A stretch of DNA of 64,000 bases from an uncultured Nitrososphaerota archaeon (GTDB lineage Archaea; Thermoproteota; Nitrososphaeria; Nitrososphaerales; Gagatemarchaeaceae): positions 32,001 to 96,000 of the forward strand of contig CAWISW010000001.1 in NCBI GenBank assembly GCA_963838925.1, given 5' to 3'. Numbering within the stretch: position 1 is the stretch's first letter; each line of letters starts with the position of its first letter. Below, one piece after another: positions 56,846 to 64,000 of this stretch. The notes below the pieces were generated by a model. The model was not told the DNA's origin and ran no database searches. It saw nothing but the letters and a program-made list of their open reading frames with translations. Made by a program: the position numbers and the translations under genes.

Positions 56846-57895
56846 ATGACCATGCAGACACAGAAGATGCTCACCGAGATGGTGAGGGTAAAGTCCGCCG
56901 TGGACAAGATGATACTCGACGACTTCCTCCCGAAGCACAGCCCGATCCCGGAGGTCGACCTCCTCTACAGGATGCTGCGCGACTACCCGGCGAGGCCCGC
57001 GAAGGGGATGAGGGCGCTGATGTGCGTGAGCGCGTGCAAGGCCTTCGGAGGGAAGGAGGAGGACATCCTCTCCACGGCGGCGGGCATCGAGGTCTTCCAG
57101 CACTGGATCCTCATCCACGACGACATCGAGGACGGCTCGGAGATGCGGAGGGGCTCGCCCGCCCTCCACAAGAAGTACGACTGGAGGCTCGCCCTCAACG
57201 CGGGCGACGCCCTCCACGCGATAATGTGGGGCGCCCTCCTCAGGAACAGGAAGAGGCTGAGCGACGAGAAGACGCTGAGGGTGATGGAGGAGTTCTACAC
57301 CATGGTCAGCAAGACCACGGAGGGGCAGCACATCGAGCTCGGGTGGGTCGTCAACGGCAGGTGGGACCTCACCGAGGAGGACTACTTCACGATGTGCACC
57401 AACAAGACCTCCTGGTACACGGTCATCGGCCCGCTCAGGCTGGGCGGGGTCGTGGGGGGCGCGGACAACGCCTCGCTGAAGCTGATGGTGGAGGCGGGCA
57501 AGAAGCTGGGAATAGGCTTCCAGATACACGACGACATACTCAACCTCTCCGGCGACCAGTCGAAGTACGGGAAGGAGATCGGGGACGACCTCCTCGAGGG
57601 GAAGAGGACGCTCATGCTCATCAGGCTCCTGTCGCTCTGCACCGAGGCCGAGAGGGAGAAGGTGAGGTCGGTCTTCAAGCTCCCCCGCGACCACAGGAGG
57701 AAGGAGGCAGGCCGAGTGATGGACCTGATCCAAAAGTACGACACCATCGACTACGCGAGGCTGATGTCCTCGAGGCTGGTCAGCGAGGCCAGGACGATGC
57801 TGGGCGAGGCGAAGTGGAAGGACGATGCCGCGTCCGCGGAAGCCGTGGGCTGCCTCGACGCCATCGCGAAGTTCGCCGTCGAGCGGGACTGGTAG
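56846..57895 (+). CDS. Short-chain polyprenyl (geranylgeranyl) diphosphate synthase
   Basis: WILIHDDIEDGSEMRRG, NAGD, EGQ, KT, FQIHDDILN. Confidence 0.92.
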   Translation: MTMQTQKMLTEMVRVKSAVDKMILDDFLPKHSPIPEVDLLYRMLRDYPARPAKGMRALMCVSACKAFGGKEEDILSTAAGIEVFQHWILIHDDIEDGSEMRRGSPALHKKYDWRLALNAGDALHAIMWGALLRNRKRLSDEKTLRVMEEFYTMVSKTTEGQHIELGWVVNGRWDLTEEDYFTMCTNKTSWYTVIGPLRLGGVVGGADNASLKLMVEAGKKLGIGFQIHDDILNLSGDQSKYGKEIGDDLLEGKRTLMLIRLLSLCTEAEREKVRSVFKLPRDHRRKEAGRVMDLIQKYDTIDYARLMSSRLVSEARTMLGEAKWKDDAASAEAVGCLDAIAKFAVERDW

Positions 57896-57954
57896 CCGCC
57901 GCCACAACGATATATGCACACCCTGACGACCGTAGCGAACCAGCAACAAGGACC

Positions 57955-59715
57955 ATGTCGTCCCAGCTAACGCCGGACCAGCTACAGGCCATGGAGAGGA
58001 ACGCCCTCCTAAACGCGGTCAGCCACCAGGGCAGCGCGGAGGTGGGCGCGGTCGTGAGCAAGAGCCTCGGAGAGACCCCCGCGCTCAGGACGATGGCGAA
58101 GGACGTCGCAAGGGCGGCCGCAGAGGTAGTCAAGCGCGTCAACTCGCTCTCGCCCACGGAGCAGCAGAAGCTCCTCGAGGAGAGGTATCCCGACGCGCTG
58201 CAGGCCAGGGACCAGCGAAAGGCCGCCCAGATCGCCGATGAGAAGGCCCACACCACCCAGCTCCCGCCGCTCAGGGACGCCGTCAAGGGCAAGGTCGTCC
58301 TCCGTCTCCCTCCCGAGCCCTCGGGCTTCATGACCATCGGCCACGCGATGGCCGGGGTCATCAACGCCACCTACAGGGACATGTACGAGGGGGAGCTCTG
58401 GCTCAGGTTCGAGGACACCAACCCGAGGAAGGTCCACAAGGCCTACTACCAGTCGTTCCGGGACGGCTACAAGTGGGTAGGGATCCGATGGGACCACGAG
58501 AAGGACGTCTCCACGGACATGGAGGTCCTCTACTTCCACGCGAGGAGGCTCATCGAGATGGGCGCCGCCTACGCCTGCGCGTGCCCCGCGGACCGCGTCA
58601 AGGAGCTCCGGACCGAGGGGAAGGCCTGCGAGCACAGGGGAAGCTCGGTCGAGGGCAACCTCAAGGTCTGGGAGAGGATGCTCGCCCGCAAGTGCAAGGA
58701 GGGCGAGTGGGTCATAAGGTTCAAGGGCGAGCTCGACAGCCTCGACCTCTCCCTCAGGGACCCGAACATCCTGAGGGTGATCGAGTCGTCGCACCCCGTC
58801 GTCGGGACGAAGTACGTCGTCTGGCCGGTCTACGACTTCGAGGTCGTCGTCGAGGACAAGCTCTGCGGCGTCACCCACGTCCTTCGAAGCTCCGAGTTCC
58901 ACATCGCGCTCCAAGACCGCGTGAGGGAGCTTCTCGGCTTCCCTCCCGTCGTCGTCGAGCAGTTCTCTCGCTTCAACTTCAAGGGCACCCCGGTGTCCAA
59001 GAGGCTCCTTCGCCCCCTCGTCGAGGAGAAGGTCGTCACGGGGTGGGACGACCCGAGGATGCCCACCATAGAGGGGGTGAGGCGCAGAGGGATCGTCCCC
59101 GAAGCCATCCGCCAGTTCACCCTGCAGGTGGGGTACGGCAAGACCGAGCACACCTACGACTGGAGCCTCCTCTTCGCGGTCAACAGGAAGATACTCGACC
59201 CCGTCTCGATAAGGGTCTTCTTCGTGCCCGACCCCCTCCTCCTGAAGGTGAAGGGGGCGCCCCCGCGCCACCTCTCCCTCTCCTTCCACCCTTCATACGA
59301 CAGCCTCGGGAGCAGGGACGTCGAGGTCCCCTCGGACCCAAGCCTGTGGGTGCCGAGCGCGGACCTCGCGACGCTGAAGGAGGGCGAGGTCTTCCGTCTC
59401 ATGGACCTCTACAACGTCCGCCTCGCGAAGAAGGGCAAGGCGTCTCAGGCCGAGTTCGTCGGAGAAGAGAGGATCCAGGAGGTGCGGAAGGTCCAGTGGG
59501 TGGTCGACGGCGCGGAGAAGAAGCAGGTGAAGGTCCTCGAGCCGTCGGAGCTCTACCTGGATGACGAGACGCTGAACCCGCACAGCCTGAACGTGCGCAA
59601 GGGGTTCGCGGAGAACGCCTTTGGGAAGCTCGGCCCGGGGGACATCGTGCAGTTCCCCCGCTACGGCTTCGTGAGGGTCGACGCCCCGGGGCAGTGCATC
59701 CTGACGCACCCTTGA
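57955..59715 (+). CDS. gltX: Glutamyl-tRNA synthetase (archaeal type)
   Basis: PPEPSG..TIGH, RFEDTNP, THVLR, GWDDPRMPT, VQFPRYGF. Confidence 0.95.
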   Translation: MSSQLTPDQLQAMERNALLNAVSHQGSAEVGAVVSKSLGETPALRTMAKDVARAAAEVVKRVNSLSPTEQQKLLEERYPDALQARDQRKAAQIADEKAHTTQLPPLRDAVKGKVVLRLPPEPSGFMTIGHAMAGVINATYRDMYEGELWLRFEDTNPRKVHKAYYQSFRDGYKWVGIRWDHEKDVSTDMEVLYFHARRLIEMGAAYACACPADRVKELRTEGKACEHRGSSVEGNLKVWERMLARKCKEGEWVIRFKGELDSLDLSLRDPNILRVIESSHPVVGTKYVVWPVYDFEVVVEDKLCGVTHVLRSSEFHIALQDRVRELLGFPPVVVEQFSRFNFKGTPVSKRLLRPLVEEKVVTGWDDPRMPTIEGVRRRGIVPEAIRQFTLQVGYGKTEHTYDWSLLFAVNRKILDPVSIRVFFVPDPLLLKVKGAPPRHLSLSFHPSYDSLGSRDVEVPSDPSLWVPSADLATLKEGEVFRLMDLYNVRLAKKGKASQAEFVGEERIQEVRKVQWVVDGAEKKQVKVLEPSELYLDDETLNPHSLNVRKGFAENAFGKLGPGDIVQFPRYGFVRVDAPGQCILTHP

Positions 59716-59752
59716 AGCACGTCATCGCCCTCTGCATTCAGGTGAACGGCCG

Positions 59753-59950
59753 CTAATGACGTACAAACCCCACCGCTTTGGCCTTTTCAAGCATCCTCCG
59801 GTCCGCTGTGAACACCTCCAAGTGGTTGGCCGCTCCTAGCGCTAAACAGGACGAATCGTAGACGGTCGACCCATGGTCAGCCGTTATATCCAAAGCCGAC
59901 CCCCACACGCTTCGGTCGGGGGAGATCTCGATGAAACGTTGGCTATCGCG
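59753..59950 (-). pseudogene. C-terminal remnant of a PIN/VapC toxin gene
   Basis: Manual translation SALDITADHGSTVYDSSCLALGAANHLEVFTADRRMLEKA; no N-terminal PIN half in frame. Confidence 0.7.
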
Positions 59951-60425
59951 TACCCTGCGATTTGTCGACTCGTCTCTCTGCCAGCTTCGTTAGCTTCGCA
60001 TCCACCGCCAACGTGGCTTCGAAGGTCATGTCCGCGATGAGTCGAATCTCCGCTCTCTTCTGCTCGCTTAGTTCCTTCAGGCTCATCCACTTTGCAACCT
60101 CTCTTCCGCTCGTATATGCTTTTCAAACAACTCGTCGTAGAGAAGCTTCGCCTCCAACGAGCTGCTGAACATGATTTGGTCTGTCGAGCATGAACTCCAG
60201 GGCCCCACCAATGGAGAAGACGTCCTTGGCTATCTCAATAGCTAATGGTCGTCTATCTGCTTTGACATTCGCAGGTGCCTGCTGGTCCGGATTCTCTATT
60301 CACATCGGCACCGTCAGCACACTAGGTTGAAGGTGGGTGTCTTGCCGAAGTGTTCTCGCACCATGGCCTCTCCCGCAGGCAAGCTGACCATCATTCCCCC
60401 ATTTCGGACGAGTCCAGTCGAGGGC

Positions 60426-62339
60426 TCAACCGACTTGAAAGACACGCACTTCGCTATTCTCGTAGACCGTGCAGTTATCTTGGCACCCGAGTGTTTGGGG
60501 GGAGAAAGTCAACCAGGGTCGCAATAGGTAAGTGCAGTCAGCCAGCGTTGAATTGTCTGTGACCACGATGAGGGTTGAGTTAACTTGGGAGGCATATTGG
60601 AGCACCACGGATGGTCCAGACGGCGCACAGATTGAGCTAGCGTTCACGTTTTCGAATGAGTGAAACACTGCAGGACCGCCCAACGTCTGCACGAACGCGA
60701 ATCGCCAGTCGCTCACGCTGATTATCGTATCGTTACTCGGGGTGTTCTGGTCAATCCAGACCATTGCTTGGTAGTCAGATTGTTGTTGCAGGTTAGAGGC
60801 TGTCCCTCCGGCAATGAATTGGGCGACGACCTGTCCTGATTGCGAACCCGCCAGAGAGAGAGCGAGAAACAATAGGGCAACCGTCTTGTAAACTGCTGGG
60901 ACCTGTCGCTTGACCTTCTTGTATAACCTGTACGAACGCTGTCTTGTTGCTAGCGCCAGAACGTACGCGGTCATCAGCGTGATAGGCATCAGTGCGACAA
61001 AGGAGAACCGCCACGCAGCCGAAGAGAAGGGGGCGGCCACCAAGATTGGAAGCAACCAGACAAGGAGAAGGGCTGGGCGCCCGCGGTCCCGGACTGCGAG
61101 CACGACGAAGGCGATTACGGAGGCTATTGTCGTGAGAGCGTACGCACTGCCATATACTCCGTTGGCTGCAATCGAGGAGGCGATGTAGCCGAGCACCGGC
61201 CAGAACGATAAATCCTGAGAAACAGGAGCAAGCCCATTGATGGGCCCTCCACTTCCGAGGAAGTTGAGAAGCGAAATAAACGTGCCTTCGAATACTAAAG
61301 CAATCGCAGCGAGAGATATCGAAACGAGAAGGAGCGCTCCAATTCTCTTGATGAAACCAAAGTAGAGCAGGACGGCCGGCATGACAAAGAGAACTGAATA
61401 GTGTGAGAAGAGAGAATTGGCAAATGCTATGCCCAGAATCGCGTATCTTGACGAGGCAGAGGCGCTAAAATTCGACTCCGAAACGTCTATTGATACTCCA
61501 AGGAGCAGCAGCGACGATAGCAGGCCGTAAAAGTTGGGATAAAGGCCTGATCCCAAGACCAGGTTCAGCCAGACGAACCCGGATAGGACGTATATTGCGC
61601 AACCCCAAAGCGGCGCGTTCTTCATTGTCTTGTCTGCAGTCCGGAATATCCTCGAACAGAAGTAGTACAGAATGAAATCACTAATGACTATTAATATCGC
61701 CATCGCAGCACGGACTGCAAACAACATCTGAAGCTCAGAGTCGCCTAAGACGGCAATGGACAGAAGAAAGTGAATTCCATTATAGAATAGCGCGGTGCCG
61801 AAGGCTGGGACGCCGCCGGTGGCAAATTGCGACACATATTGAAGATGGGCTGGAAAGTCAATTGAGTCCAACTGGGGGAAGAACGGATACTGCCAAAAGT
61901 ACAGCGAGAGCACCACTGTCTGAAATGCAACGAGAAGGAGAATTACGGCGTCAGATCTGTCAAACTTCGGGATGCTTGGATTGAACTCACCTCGTAGCAG
62001 CGCATACGCCGCTGGTAAAGATGTCGCCAAAATGAGACAGAGATAGAGGTTGATTGGAAAGAAGCTTCTTAGTGAGTCAATTACGACCCAGTAGGAAAGC
62101 CCCATCCCGAACGCCCTCCCAAGGAAGATGCCCAAGTTGTCATCTTCATCGACAAACCCCAAGATAGAACATACGAGCCAACCCCACAAGAGAATGACCA
62201 AAGGAAAGATGATAAGTTGAATCAGCAACCCAAGCCAAGACCCTTTTCGGCGTCTATCACGAATGTGACCCCGGGCGATAAACAACCATGACCTATATTT
62301 CCCTGTATTTCCCTGTATTTCCGCTTTGCAAATGGCCAA
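60426..62339 (-). CDS. Polytopic membrane protein, GT-C/AglB-like architecture; true start probably downstream of 62339
   Basis: More than 12 TM segments, DSIDFPAH loop, C-terminal AMVWIDQNTP domain; low GC. Confidence 0.65.
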   Translation of the reverse strand: MAICKAEIQGNTGKYRSWLFIARGHIRDRRRKGSWLGLLIQLIIFPLVILLWGWLVCSILGFVDEDDNLGIFLGRAFGMGLSYWVVIDSLRSFFPINLYLCLILATSLPAAYALLRGEFNPSIPKFDRSDAVILLLVAFQTVVLSLYFWQYPFFPQLDSIDFPAHLQYVSQFATGGVPAFGTALFYNGIHFLLSIAVLGDSELQMLFAVRAAMAILIVISDFILYYFCSRIFRTADKTMKNAPLWGCAIYVLSGFVWLNLVLGSGLYPNFYGLLSSLLLLGVSIDVSESNFSASASSRYAILGIAFANSLFSHYSVLFVMPAVLLYFGFIKRIGALLLVSISLAAIALVFEGTFISLLNFLGSGGPINGLAPVSQDLSFWPVLGYIASSIAANGVYGSAYALTTIASVIAFVVLAVRDRGRPALLLVWLLPILVAAPFSSAAWRFSFVALMPITLMTAYVLALATRQRSYRLYKKVKRQVPAVYKTVALLFLALSLAGSQSGQVVAQFIAGGTASNLQQQSDYQAMVWIDQNTPSNDTIISVSDWRFAFVQTLGGPAVFHSFENVNASSICAPSGPSVVLQYASQVNSTLIVVTDNSTLADCTYLLRPWLTFSPQTLGCQDNCTVYENSEVRVFQVG

Positions 62340-62811
62340 AACGGCGACTGCCTCAGTGACCAGTCCATCAAATTCCCTCTACTTCTAGCTCCTTGGCCTC
62401 GCACAACGTCCAATTGCAAGAGGCGAAATCAAGACTGAGTGCCTTCTAAGATAGTTTTTGAATTCGGAATTCGTATCGGTAGTCGAGGAAGTTCTTCCAC
62501 GACATTGATGGCAGGGGAAGAGGAGGATGCGGTTCAAGCTTGAACGAGTATGCGAGGGGGCGGAGAGAAGATTGCTGGACTTGCTGTAGAAGGAAACCTA
62601 TTTCAGTGCAAGTTAGCAGCAATGCCTATCGTGCTTGGTAACCGACGGCCGGTTGCTCAGCCTTTGCCGCCTTCCTGATTGCCTCAGCTGCCTCGACCTT
62701 CGAGATGGCGGGGGCGTGGATTCTTTTGGCAGGTCTCAACTCGCTAATCGCTTCATTGCGACTAAGCCTTAAGTATCCGCCGAAAAGGGCTGGCTTGGGA
62801 GATTTTAACAG

Positions 62812-63213
62812 ATGACCCCGAAGCCATACTTTGTAAAGTTCGAGACCCCGAAAGAGGTCGAGGAAGCAGCCTACGAGGTCCTTAGACAGGCGTCGAGGAC
62901 AGGGAAGGTCAGGAAGGGCACCAACGAGACCACGAAGGCGGTGGAGCGAGGCCTCGCCAAGCTCGTGATAATCGCCGTAGACGTGCAGCCACCGGAGGTC
63001 GTCGCGCACCTGCCGATAATCTGCGACGAGAGGAAGATCCCGTACGTCTTCGTGTCGTCGAAGGACCAGATCGGCCCCGCGATAGGCATCGACGTCTCCA
63101 CGGCAGCGGCCGCGGTGACCGAGGCGGGCGAGGGGCAGGCAATCCTAGACCAAGTGACGCAGGAGCTGGCCAGGGTGAGGGGCGCAGCCCAGACAGCGGC
63201 AGCGAAGGCGTAA
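62812..63213 (+). CDS. rpl7ae: 50S ribosomal protein L7Ae
   Basis: RKGTNETTKAVERG, PPEVVAHLP. Confidence 0.97.
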   Translation: MTPKPYFVKFETPKEVEEAAYEVLRQASRTGKVRKGTNETTKAVERGLAKLVIIAVDVQPPEVVAHLPIICDERKIPYVFVSSKDQIGPAIGIDVSTAAAAVTEAGEGQAILDQVTQELARVRGAAQTAAAKA

Positions 63214-63219
63214 CGATAA

Positions 63220-63447
63220 TTGAGCAGCGGCGGAAGCAGGCAGAGCGCAGAGTCGATAACACCGGCGGAAGTAGTCCAGATAGTCGGCCGCACCGGCGTC
63301 GCAGGCGAGATCACCCAGGTGAGGGTCAAGATCCTCGAAGGCAAGGAGAAGGGGCGCATCCTCACGAGGAACGTCAAGGGGCCGATAAGGATCGCCGACA
63401 TCCTCCTCCTGAGAGACACCGAGCGCGAGGCAAGAAAAATCCGCTAA
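63220..63447 (+). CDS. rps28e: 30S ribosomal protein S28e
   Basis: [20 protein letters not shown]. Confidence 0.96.
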   Translation: MSSGGSRQSAESITPAEVVQIVGRTGVAGEITQVRVKILEGKEKGRILTRNVKGPIRIADILLLRDTEREARKIR

Positions 63448-63471
63448 AATATCGTAACTTTCTGCCTTATT

Positions 63472-64000
63472 TTATGCGATATTTGCGTCAGTATAATTCG
63501 ACGCGGCTCTTGGACTATACGCGCCGCTTCTTTTCGCCCACCGTTGAGCCGCTTCAAATGAAACAAGCAGCTTCTTCGTTCTAGCGATTTCGACAACAAT
63601 CTTGGGTACAGACATTCGTTCTCCCGCGAGTCTCATGATCTCGGATCTAACATCGGGCGGGAGTCTTTCCTTCTTCTCCAGTCTTGGTGTTGTAGCCATG
63701 AGCTCCAGAAGGCTGTATCTAACGGTTCGGATGTGCGGCGAGAAGACCGGGACTCTAAACGAGTTTATCGCCTGAGACTTTACCAAGGAAACAGCTTCTC
63801 TATTTCGAAATCCCTTAAGGCCGAACGTTGCCAGAAGTTTGATAACGAAATCCCAATCTGGGATGACCCAGAATTCGACGGTTTGACTCGCCACGCTTAC
63901 CGATCCGTCCGACTCGGCGATGCCATGAAGCAATCCCAAACGAAACTCGAGGGGAGCATCTAGAGCCCAATTCATCTGCACCGGGTCGTAGGTCGTGTGC
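63472..64000 (-). CDS. Free-standing LAGLIDADG-like protein, 5' end beyond the window
   Basis: LLHGIAESDGSV motif; frame stays open to the window edge; lower GC. Confidence 0.7.
   Translation of the reverse strand, partial: HTTYDPVQMNWALDAPLEFRLGLLHGIAESDGSVSVASQTVEFWVIPDWDFVIKLLATFGLKGFRNREAVSLVKSQAINSFRVPVFSPHIRTVRYSLLELMATTPRLEKKERLPPDVRSEIMRLAGERMSVPKIVVEIARTKKLLVSFEAAQRWAKRSGAYSPRAASNYTDANIA

Noticed and set aside
57022-59715. 897-aa ORF as a GGPPS-GluRS fusion
   Set aside because: The first 311 aa are mostly an off-frame reading of the polyprenyl synthase gene; gltX starts at ATG 57955. The same artefact extends ORFs starting at 10269, 11541, 26370, 27176, 39427 and 50958
62296-62322. 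10-bp tandem repeat (TATTTCCCTG, about 2.7 copies) as a phase-variation site
   Set aside because: Too few copies and probably upstream of the true start; no upstream coding region recognised that it would join
1-64000. CRISPR array or rRNA genes
   Set aside because: No regularly spaced repeats or rRNA-like stretches seen; intergenic gaps are short

Overview
GC-rich archaeal chromosome segment. Gene content and order (S4e/L32e/L19e/L18e/L7Ae/S28e, RpoD/RpoN, Cbf5, Dys, Mvk-Ipk-GGPPS, no L34e/L14e around cmk) suggest Nitrososphaerota/TACK; the finer lineage is an inference. Most of the window is housekeeping: a split SUF Fe-S system, succinate dehydrogenase, the spc-like and alpha-like ribosomal clusters, a branched-chain amino acid ABC transporter, purA, glmS, eno, isoprenoid genes and gltX. 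Notable items: (1) SufB carries two LAGLIDADG inteins, each inserted directly before one of its two key conserved cysteines. (2) A shared ATAAC-N4-GTWAT palindrome sits at the separated sufC and sufB promoters. (3) A compact tnpB-only element is inserted in the 3' end of cbf5, replacing its acidic tail. (4) An 858-bp, integrase-less island at tRNA-Ser(GGA) carries only a vapBC pair. (5) Several conserved genes appear to start at CTG or ATC. (6) A K-turn-like hairpin covers the rpl7ae start codon. (7) There is a low-GC patch with a GT-C-like membrane protein and a PIN remnant, and a free-standing LAGLIDADG gene at the right edge. No CRISPR array or rRNA was seen. All calls come from reading motifs by eye, with no database searches.
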